NCBI GenBank assembly: GCA_963772585.1
Contig: CAVYXV010000013.1
Coordinates: 62,555-126,554 of the forward strand
Direction of reading: 5' to 3'
Length of the DNA: 64,000 bases
Origin: an uncultured Planctomycetota bacterium
GTDB taxonomy: Bacteria; Planctomycetota; PLA2; JAEUHO01
Each line of letters opens with the position of its first letter. The first letter of the stretch is position 1. The translations under genes and the position numbers were made by a program. The notes beneath the pieces were generated by a model. It saw only the letters and a program-made list of their open reading frames with translations. It ran no database searches and was not told where the DNA came from. This document shows positions 56,471-64,000 of the stretch, piece by piece.

Positions 56471-58013
56471 ACAGGGAACGCGGTAGAGGCGAGGGTCGAG
56501 CGTTCCCGCTACTCCTCCCGCTCCTCCTGTTCGCGGGCGCCTGCAGCGCCAGCCCGCTGCGCGGGGACTACGCGGGAGGCGGCGAGACCCCCTTTGCCCG
56601 ACGGGCCATCGCGGGAGAGTCGGCGATCCCCATCGCTGCCCATCCCGAACCCGTCCGCGCCGGCGAGGACCAGGTGATCGAGAAGGTGCGGAACCAACTG
56701 GATGCCCTGGCCCGGACCTTCCGCGAGCGAGCGAAGCGAGGTCCCTCGGATCCGAAACGCCTCGGCTTCGACGTCGAGCGGGACGTGAGCAACGAACGGC
56801 TCCAGCAGGACCTGACGCTGGCGGTCGTGCTCGGAGCGGCCTTCGAGATGAGCCCGGCCATCCAATCCGCGCGGGACGCCTTCCGCGCCACCGTGGAGCA
56901 GTTCAGTCAGGTGGCCTTCCTCGACACGATCCTGCGGCAGTACGTGTCCTTCACGAAGGACCTGAACCTCCGGGTGGGCAAGCCGCGGCAGAAGGAGACG
57001 GTCGAATCGCTGTTCCCGTTCCCGGGCACGCTCGCGCTGAAGAGTCGCATCGTGGAGGAAGAGGCGAAGGCCGCGGAGGAGCACCTCCAGGCGACCGTCC
57101 GCCGGACGCTCGTATCTGCGGGGAAGACCTACTACGACTACGGGTACGCCCAGGAAGCCATCGGGATCGTCGAGGAGAACATCCAGGTTCTTCGCGGCAT
57201 GGTCGAGATCGCGGAGTCCCGGTACGGCGTCGGCGAGACCAAGCAGGGCGTCGTCCTCAAGACCCATACGGAGATCGCCACGCTCGAGGAGAAGCTGGTC
57301 ACGCTGAAGCAGGAGGTGCAGACCGCGAGGGCGCGGCTGGCCTCCGTTCTCGGCCTGCCGCCCGACTTCCCTCTGGGCCCCGCCCAGGTACCGGAACCCA
57401 GCGCGCCGCCGTCGGCCGTCGAACCGCTCTACGACCTGGCCCGTCGCTCCCGACAGGAGATCCTGGCCCTCGACGCGAAGATCGCTCGAACCGAGGCGCT
57501 CATCGAACTCTCGGAGACCCAGACGTACCCGGATCTCTCGCTGGGCTACAGCCGTTTCGAGGAGGGGACGGGCACGCGCGTCGGGGGCGCTCGGATGACG
57601 GAGCCGTTCGCCGAGAAGCCGACCCAGATGCCGAAGCCGTGGTTCGGTCAGAGCGCGTCCTTCATCGAGGAGATGAAGGGCCGCTTGCGGGCCATGCAGG
57701 CATCCCGCGCCGATCTCGTCGCGACGGTCGCGTACCAGGTCAAAGACGCGTGGTTCAAGTGGGACGCGGCCTGGCGTCAGACCGCCCTCTACCACTCGAC
57801 ACTCCTTCCCTCCGCGGAGCAGACGTACGAAGTGCTCCAGTCCGGTTGGCAAGAGGGTGTCGTGGACTTCCTCGACGCGCTCGACGCTCAGCGCGTCTGG
57901 TTGAAGGTCCGTCTCCAGGAGAAGGCCGTCATCCGCGACACGCTCGCCGGAAGATTGGCCCTGCTCGACGCGCTGGGGACCGGCCTCCCCCCGAGACCCC
58001 GAACTCACACTGA
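56467..58013 (+). CDS. TolC/CusC-family outer-membrane efflux lipoprotein (copy 2); the stop is reached only after a frameshift at a C6 tract (57987-57992)
   Basis: ATGA overlap with the copy-1 stop. Lipobox LLFAGACS. TolC-like repeats. The reading frame has no stop for 2.7 kb, while the -1 frame gives ...LPPETPNSH* ending at 58013, matching the ORF 57639..58013 tail. Confidence 0.7.
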
Positions 58014-58024
58014 AGACCAAAGCC

Positions 58025-60691
58025 ATGAAGACTTCGAACAACCTCTCCGTGATCCTGGCGATCGGCGCCGCCCTCGTCGGCCTCGGCGCCGGATACCTCC
58101 TGTTCCACCGGGGCCAGAATGGTGCGACGACGCCGACGGGGCAGTCGGCGACCGCGGAAGGTCCCACGACGCTCTACACGTGCGGCATGCACCCGGAGGT
58201 GATCCAGGACCACCCCGGAACATGCCCGCAGTGCGGCATGACGCTGACGCCTCTCCAGACGGACGAGGCGGAAGAGGGCAATGGCGGAGGGAAGGACCGC
58301 AAGGTCCTCTACTGGGTCGCGCCCATGGACCCTTCCTACATCAAGGACAAGCCCGGGAAGTCTCCGATGGGCATGGACCTCGTGCCCGTCTACGAGGACG
58401 AGGTGAAGGGCGGCCCCACGGTCAAGATCGATCCGACCACGCAACAGAACATGGGGATCCGAACCGCTCCCGTCGAGAAGGGCCCCCTCGTTCACCAGGT
58501 TCGGGCCGTGGGGAACGTCGGGTACGACGAGACCAAGATCGGCATCGTCTCGCTGAAGGTCGGCGGATACATCGACGAGCTGTTCGTGAGCGAGACCGGC
58601 GTCGCGGTGAAGAAGGGCCAGCCCCTCTTCTCCATGTACGCGCCGGAGGTGGTCCAGGCCCAGGAAGAGTACTTGCTGGCGAAGCGGAGCCTCGAGAAGA
58701 GCGACGCGGTGGACCCCAAGCACTGGCGCAATCTGCTCGCCGCTTCGCGCCTCAAGCTGCTCCGATGGGACATCTCCGAGGACCAGATCCACGAGCTCGA
58801 GAAGCGAGGCAGGCCCGAGAAGAACGTCGTCTGGAGGAGCCGCTTCGATGGCATCGTCCTCCACAAGAACGCCGTCGAGGGCGCGTACTTCAAGCCGGGA
58901 GATCCTCTCTACAAGATCGCCGGCCTCGACACGATCTGGGTGGAAGTCTCGATCTACGAGTACGAATTCCCGTGGATCAAGACCGGACAGCCCGCTCGGA
59001 TGGAGCTCCCCTACTACCCGGGGGAAGTCTTCCAGGGCGTCGTGGACTTCATCTATCCCTACCTCGACCCCCGCACACGCGACCTGAAGGTGCGACTCGT
59101 GTTCGACAACCCGGGACGCGAACTGCTCCCCGACATGTACGTCACGGTGATCATCGATTCGAAGCTCGCCGACGAGGCCATCCTCGTGCCGGGCGAAGCC
59201 GTTCTCGACACCGGTACGCGACAGGTCGCATTCGTCGCCCGCGGGAAGGGGCACTTCGAGCCGCGCAACATCACGGTCGGCGTGGAGGGCGAAGGCGGCC
59301 GGCGCGAGGTGGTGATGGGGCTCGTTCCCGGCGAGTACGTCGTCACGTCCGGCCAGTTCCTTCTCGACTCCGAGTCGAAGATCAAGGAGGCGATCCAGAA
59401 GATGCTGGAGAGCCGAAAGCAAGGCGGGAACGCCGGCGAGTCCGAAGCGCGGGGCGCTCCTTCCGGGTCGCTGGCGGCCCTGCCGAAAAAGGACCGGTCG
59501 GCGTTCAAGGCCCCTCCGGGACTGGTCCCGGTCGTGGGCGACGTCTGCCCGGTGATGGGCGGGGAGCCCCAACCCGACGTCTTCGTCGACTACAAGGGCT
59601 ACCGCGTCTTCTTCTGCTGCACCGGGTGCCCCCCCCGCTTCCTCGCCGAACCCGAGAAGTACATGCAGAAGCTCCGCCGCATGGGCGCCGTCCCCTCCAC
59701 GGAACCCGAGAGCGGGACTGCCCCACCCGACGCGCGGTTCTCCGCGCCGGAGGGCCTGATCCCCGTCGTGCCGAAGGCGTGCCCCGTCATGGGCGGCGAA
59801 CCCCAACCCGACGTCTACGTGGACTACAAGGGCTATCGCATCTTCTTCTGCTGCGCCGGCTGCCCCGAAGAGTTCGAGAAGGACCCCGAGACCTACATGA
59901 AGAAGCTCCGCGAGGAGGGCGCGATTCCCGCGGAAACCCCGACCGCCGCACCGGCACCGGCACCGGCGCCGGCACCGGACGACCGTTTCAAGGCACCCGA
60001 GGGCCTCGTCCCGGTCGTGCCCAAGGCGTGCCCCGTCATGGGCGGCGAACCCCAACCCGACGTCTACGTGGACTACGAGGGCTATCGCATCTTCCTCTGC
60101 TGCGCCGGCTGCCCCGAAGAGTTCGAGAAGGACCCCGAGACCTACATGAAGAAGCTCCGCGAGGAGGGCGCGATTCCCGCGGAAACCCCGACCGCCGCAC
60201 CGGCACCGGCACCGGCGCCGGCACCGGACGACCGTTTCAAGGCACCCGAGGGCCTCGTCCCGGTCGTGCCCAAGGCGTGCCCCGTCATGGGCGGCGAACC
60301 CCAACCCGACGTCTACGTGGACTACGAGGGCTATCGCATCTTCCTCTGTTGCGCCGGCTGCCCCGAAGAGTTCGAGAAGGACCCCGAGACCTACATGAAG
60401 AAGCTCCGCGAGGAGGGCGCGATTCCCGCGGAAACCCCGACCGCCGCACCGGCACCGGCACCGGCGCCGGCACCGGACGACCGTTTCAAGGCACCCGAGG
60501 GCCTCATCCCGGTCGTGCCCAAGGCGTGCCCCGTCATGGGCGGCGAACCCCAACCCGACGTCTACGTGGACTACAAGGGCTATCGCTTCTTCTTCTGCTG
60601 CCAGGGCTGCCCCGAGAAGTTCCTGGCCGACCCAGGCCGCTACATCGAGGAGCTCCGCGCCCAGGGCATCCACATCGGCATCCATGACTGA
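58025..60691 (+). CDS. RND efflux periplasmic adaptor (CusB-like) with an N-terminal CxxC metal-binding domain and five C-terminal YHS/TRASH domains
   Basis: N-terminal TM. TCGMHPEV...CPQCGM heavy-metal-binding domain. Membrane-fusion-protein core (barrel-sandwich/beta-barrel motifs). Then 5 x [CPVMGGEPQPDV(Y/F)VDYKGYR(I/V)FFCC(A/T/Q)GCP] separated by AP-rich linkers. Confidence 0.85.
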   Translation: MKTSNNLSVILAIGAALVGLGAGYLLFHRGQNGATTPTGQSATAEGPTTLYTCGMHPEVIQDHPGTCPQCGMTLTPLQTDEAEEGNGGGKDRKVLYWVAPMDPSYIKDKPGKSPMGMDLVPVYEDEVKGGPTVKIDPTTQQNMGIRTAPVEKGPLVHQVRAVGNVGYDETKIGIVSLKVGGYIDELFVSETGVAVKKGQPLFSMYAPEVVQAQEEYLLAKRSLEKSDAVDPKHWRNLLAASRLKLLRWDISEDQIHELEKRGRPEKNVVWRSRFDGIVLHKNAVEGAYFKPGDPLYKIAGLDTIWVEVSIYEYEFPWIKTGQPARMELPYYPGEVFQGVVDFIYPYLDPRTRDLKVRLVFDNPGRELLPDMYVTVIIDSKLADEAILVPGEAVLDTGTRQVAFVARGKGHFEPRNITVGVEGEGGRREVVMGLVPGEYVVTSGQFLLDSESKIKEAIQKMLESRKQGGNAGESEARGAPSGSLAALPKKDRSAFKAPPGLVPVVGDVCPVMGGEPQPDVFVDYKGYRVFFCCTGCPPRFLAEPEKYMQKLRRMGAVPSTEPESGTAPPDARFSAPEGLIPVVPKACPVMGGEPQPDVYVDYKGYRIFFCCAGCPEEFEKDPETYMKKLREEGAIPAETPTAAPAPAPAPAPDDRFKAPEGLVPVVPKACPVMGGEPQPDVYVDYEGYRIFLCCAGCPEEFEKDPETYMKKLREEGAIPAETPTAAPAPAPAPAPDDRFKAPEGLVPVVPKACPVMGGEPQPDVYVDYEGYRIFLCCAGCPEEFEKDPETYMKKLREEGAIPAETPTAAPAPAPAPAPDDRFKAPEGLIPVVPKACPVMGGEPQPDVYVDYKGYRFFFCCQGCPEKFLADPGRYIEELRAQGIHIGIHD
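59730..60480. repeat. 249-bp near-perfect tandem repeat x3 inside the adaptor gene (YHS domains 2-4)
   Basis: Identical 62-aa wrong-frame ORFs at 59787, 60036 and 60285 (period 249). The encoded 83-aa units differ only at K/E and F/L positions. Confidence 0.9.
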
Positions 60692-60763
60692 GCGCCGTCA
60701 AGGGACACGTCCTACGGGGCGACAACCGGTTCCGCGAACGAGAACGCCGGGAGACCATCGAGC

Positions 60764-63700
60764 ATGATCGGCCGCCTGATCGCCTTCTGCATCCGCAACA
60801 AGTTCCTGGTCCTCCTCCTCGCGTTCCTCCTCTTCGCCGCGGGCATCTACTCGATCCAGGCCATCAAGCTGGACGCGATCCCCGACCTCTCCGACGTACA
60901 GGTCATTATCTATACGGACTATCCCGGACAGGCTCCCCAGGTCGTGGAGGACCAGGTCACCTATCCACTGACCACGGCGATGCTCGCCGTTCCGTACGCG
61001 AAGGTCGTCCGCGGTTACTCCTTCTTCGGTCTCTCCTTCGTCTACATCATCTTCGAGGACGGGACCGACCTGTACTGGGCCCGTTCCCGCGTCCTCGAGT
61101 ACCTGAACTTCGCCCGGGGGCGGCTGCCCCAGGGCGTGACCCCCAGCCTCGGGCCGGACGCCACCGGCGTCGGGTGGGTGTACGAGTACAGCCTCGTCAA
61201 CGGCTACTACTGCCCGGATCACCCGCAGGGGATCTGGCGGGACGACTCGCAGGATCGGTGGTACGCCGCGCCGGAAGACGCGCCCGAGCGGCGCCGTGGC
61301 TACCTCCGGAGGGTGCGCGTCTTCGACACCCCGGGGACCTGCCCCCTCGACGGGACCACGAAGCTCGCCCTGGCGGAGTTCGATCTCTCCGAACTCCGAA
61401 GCCTCCAGGACTGGTACCTGCGCTACGAGTTGACCGCGGTACCCGGCGTCTCGGAGGTTGCCTCCATCGGTGGATTCGTCCGGCAGTACCAGGTGGTCGT
61501 CGATCCCGACAAGCTCCTGGCGCACGGGATTCCCCTGCCGAGGGTGAAACAGGCCATCCAGACGATCCAACAACGACGTCGGGGGCCGCCTGCTGGAGCA
61601 ATCCGAGACCGAGTACATGGTGCGGGGGCGCGGCTACCTGGGCGAATTGTCCGACGCGCAGAGGCAGGAAGCGCTCGCGCAGGGAATCCCGCTCTCCCGC
61701 GTCCGCCAGGAACGCGTCGTCGCCGACCTGAAGCAGATCCCCCTTGGCGCGACCTCCAGCGGCACGCCCATCTTGCTCGGCGACGTCGCCACGGTGCAGG
61801 TGGGCCCCGAACTCCGCCGCGGGCTGGCCGAGCGGAACGGGAAGGGGGAAGTCGCGGGCGGCATCGTCGTGATGCGTTCCGGAGAGAACGCCCTCGAGGT
61901 CATACAGAGGACGAAGACGAAGATCCGCGAGCTCGAGAACGGGCTGCCTGCGGGCGTCGCTGTCCGCACCGAGTACGACCGCTCGGATCTCATCGAGCGA
62001 GCCGTGGACACGCTCAAGGAGAAACTCCTCGAGGAGATGCTCGTCGTCGCCCTCGTTTGCGTGATCTTCCTCCTCCACGTACGGAGCGCCTTCGTAGCCG
62101 TCTTCGTGCTTCCCATGGGCGTTTTGATCTCCATCATCGTGATGCACATTCTCGGCATCAATGCCAACATCATGAGCCTGGGCGGCATCGCGATCGCCAT
62201 CGGCGTGATGGTCGACTCCTCGATCATCATGGTGGAAAACGCCCACAACCACTACGAGCGAGAGAGCGGAACACGCAGCCACGAGGAGGTGATCACGGCG
62301 GCGGCGACGGAGGTCGGCCCGAGCCTGTTCTTCTCGCTGCTCGTCATCACCGTCAGCTTCTTCCCGGTCTTCGTGCTCGGCGAGCAGTCGGGCCGGATGT
62401 TCAAGCCGCTGGCGTACACCAAGACCTTCGCGATGGGCGCGGCGGCTCTCCTCGCCGTCACCGTCATCCCGGTGTTGATGGTGTTCTTCGTGCGGCGCCG
62501 CGCCCTCCCGGAGTCTCTCACCCGAGCCCGCGTCCTCCGCTGGATCGCGACGATCGCGGGCGTGCCCCTGATCCTTCTCACCGCCTGGGCGCTCTTCCTC
62601 CCCAAGGACCTCACGTCCCGAACCACGATCTGGCTCCAGGACCACTGGGTGCTCGTGGGCCTCGGATGGACCGTCTTCGCCCTCGTCCTCTTCCTGCCGC
62701 AGCGGATCCTTCCGGAGGAGAAGAACCCGATCTCCAGGGTCCTGATCCGTCTCTACGAGCTCCCCTTCTGGATCGCCATGAAGGGGAAATGGCTCACACT
62801 CGTCGTGGCGGTCGCCTTCGTGGCCAGCATGGTCTACCCGTTCTCGCGGCTCGGGAGCGAGTTCATGCCGCCGCTCAACGAAGGCGATCTCCTCTACATG
62901 CCCACGACGGACCCCGGAATCAGCATCACCAAGGCGAGGCAACTTCTCCAGCAGACGGACAAGCTCATCGCGAGCTTCCCCGAGGTGGCGAACGTCTTCG
63001 GGAAGATCGGACGCGCGGAGACCGCAACGGATCCAGCGCCCCTCTCGATGATCGAGACGACCATCACCCTGGAGCAAGACAAGTCCAAGTGGCGGAAGCG
63101 AAAAGTCCCCGGCTTGTTCGGCCGAGGGGAAGTCGAGCGACCCATCACCATCAAGGAACTCACCTACGGCTGGCACGATCCCGACGGCACGCACCACGAC
63201 GGCCTGAACGACGTCGTCCGCTTCCCCGGCCTCACCAACGCGTGGACGATGCCGATCAAGACGCGCATCGACATGCTCTCCACGGGCATCAAGACGCCGG
63301 TGGGCATCAAGATCATGGGAGAGAACCTGGAGACGCTCGCCTCCCTGGCCCAGCGGATCGCGAGCGAGGTGCGGACGATCCCCGGGACCGTCTCTGCCTA
63401 CCCCGAGAAGACCGTTGGCGGCAACTACGTCGACTTCGACATCGACCGGGAGGCCGCGGCGCGCTACGGGCTCACCGTGGGCGACGTCGAAGACGTGATC
63501 ATGTCGGCCCTGGGAGGCATGAACATCACCACGACGGTAGAGGGGCTAGAGCGCTATCCGGTGAACCTCCGCTACATGCGCGAGCTCCGGGACTCGCTTC
63601 CGGCCCTGAGACGCACGCTCGTGCCCACCCCCGGGGGTGCGCAGGTCCCCCTGACCCAGGTCGCGGACATCCGCATCCACCGCGGCCCTCCCGGCATCAA

Positions 63701-64000
63701 GAGCGAGAACGCGCGGAAGACGGCGTGGATCTACGTGGATCTGTCCACGTCCGACATCGGCGGGTGGGTGGACCAGGCCAAGGGCGTGGTCGCCGACCAC
63801 GTGGACATGCCCGCCGGCTACACCCTCCAATGGTCCGGGCAGTACGAGTACATGCAGGCCGCCTCGAAGCGCCTCCGGCTCGTGATCCCGTTCACCCTCC
63901 TCCTCATCATCATCCTGCTCTACACCTCCACACGCAGTTGGTTCCGGACGGCTGTCGTGCTGCTGGCGGTTCCCTTCAGCCTCGTGGGCGCCATGTGGTT
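60764..64000 (+). CDS. CusA/CzcA-family heavy-metal efflux RND transporter (3' end runs off the window), with a 1-nt frameshift near 61565
   Basis: [23 protein letters not shown]...[32 protein letters not shown] is canonical. After ...RVKQAIQT the frame slips (cag acg a tcc aac aac gac gtc ggg ggc = SNNDVGG). RND motifs continue to the window end. Confidence 0.8.
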   Translation, partial: MIGRLIAFCIRNKFLVLLLAFLLFAAGIYSIQAIKLDAIPDLSDVQVIIYTDYPGQAPQVVEDQVTYPLTTAMLAVPYAKVVRGYSFFGLSFVYIIFEDGTDLYWARSRVLEYLNFARGRLPQGVTPSLGPDATGVGWVYEYSLVNGYYCPDHPQGIWRDDSQDRWYAAPEDAPERRRGYLRRVRVFDTPGTCPLDGTTKLALAEFDLSELRSLQDWYLRYELTAVPGVSEVASIGGFVRQYQVVVDPDKLLAHGIPLPRVKQAIQTIQQRRRGPPAGAIRDRVHGAGARLPGRIVRRAEAGSARAGNPALPRPPGTRRRRPEADPPWRDLQRHAHLARRRRHGAGGPRTPPRAGRAEREGGSRGRHRRDAFRRERPRGHTEDEDEDPRARERAACGRRCPHRVRPLGSHRASRGHAQGETPRGDARRRPRLRDLPPPRTERLRSRLRASHGRFDLHHRDAHSRHQCQHHEPGRHRDRHRRDGRLLDHHGGKRPQPLRARERNTQPRGGDHGGGDGGRPEPVLLAARHHRQLLPGLRARRAVGPDVQAAGVHQDLRDGRGGSPRRHRHPGVDGVLRAAPRPPGVSHPSPRPPLDRDDRGRAPDPSHRLGALPPQGPHVPNHDLAPGPLGARGPRMDRLRPRPLPAAADPSGGEEPDLQGPDPSLRAPLLDRHEGEMAHTRRGGRLRGQHGLPVLAARERVHAAAQRRRSPLHAHDGPRNQHHQGEATSPADGQAHRELPRGGERLREDRTRGDRNGSSAPLDDRDDHHPGARQVQVAEAKSPRLVRPRGSRATHHHQGTHLRLARSRRHAPRRPERRRPLPRPHQRVDDADQDAHRHALHGHQDAGGHQDHGREPGDARLPGPADRERGADDPRDRLCLPREDRWRQLRRLRHRPGGRGALRAHRGRRRRRDHVGPGRHEHHHDGRGARALSGEPPLHARAPGLASGPETHARAHPRGCAGPPDPGRGHPHPPRPSRHQERERAEDGVDLRGSVHVRHRRVGGPGQGRGRRPRGHARRLHPPMVRAVRVHAGRLEAPPARDPVHPPPHHHPALHLHTQLVPDGCRAAGGSLQPRGRHVV

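Noticed and set aside
54934-60687. 1917-aa plus-strand ORF spanning the efflux cluster
   Set aside because: It fuses the N-terminal half of OMP copy 1 with OMP copy 2 and then reads through the adaptor gene in the wrong frame, because copy 2's stop is lost to a frameshift. It is not a real giant protein.

Overview
This 64-kb window is very GC-rich (about 70%) and densely packed with genes. The many eukaryotic-like Ser/Thr kinases, a sigma-54 enhancer-binding protein, an encapsulin operon and frequent lipoproteins suggest a Myxococcota-like deltaproteobacterium. I found no rRNA, tRNA, CRISPR array, transposase or integrase. The genes fall into three blocks.

- **Left block (1-26.7 kb):** a mix of signalling, envelope and metabolic genes. 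It includes an FHA-GAF-adenylate cyclase, a STAND-type kinase with a HEAT-repeat partner, an eRF1/Pelota-like protein and a metal-uptake substrate-binding protein. It also includes a large secreted ceramidase / C45 peptidase / alpha/beta-hydrolase fusion.
- **Central block (about 26.9-41 kb):** a stress or dormancy island. It holds two DUF2383 four-helix proteins, a DJ-1/PfpI pseudogene, a sigma-54 activator and an EncFtn plus encapsulin operon preceded by a candidate sigma-54 promoter. It also holds CBS and PRC-barrel proteins, stand-alone LigD polymerase and phosphoesterase domains plus a ligase remnant, a 6xBON protein, UspA and HtrA.
- **Right block (44-64 kb):** a kinase-WD40 protein, a CDF transporter, an ArnT-like glycosyltransferase and a copper/silver-type efflux cluster. 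The cluster contains a Met/Gly/His-tailed lipoprotein, two TolC-like outer membrane proteins, and a CusB-like adaptor carrying five C-terminal YHS domains, three of them near-perfect 249-bp tandem repeats. A CusA/CzcA-like RND pump runs off the window end.

Several non-coding features stand out:

- a perfect 165-bp tandem duplication with a related third copy next to the encapsulin gene;
- a REP-like palindromic repeat family flanking one hydrolase gene;
- a recurrent motif of about 45 nt with sigma-54-like GG-N10-GC spacing, present four times;
- simple-sequence repeats at one ribosome-binding site.

At least six genes carry apparent frameshifts, some at poly-C tracts. These may be sequencing indel errors rather than biology. 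Most long ORFs in the supplied six-frame track are wrong-frame artefacts of the GC-rich DNA.
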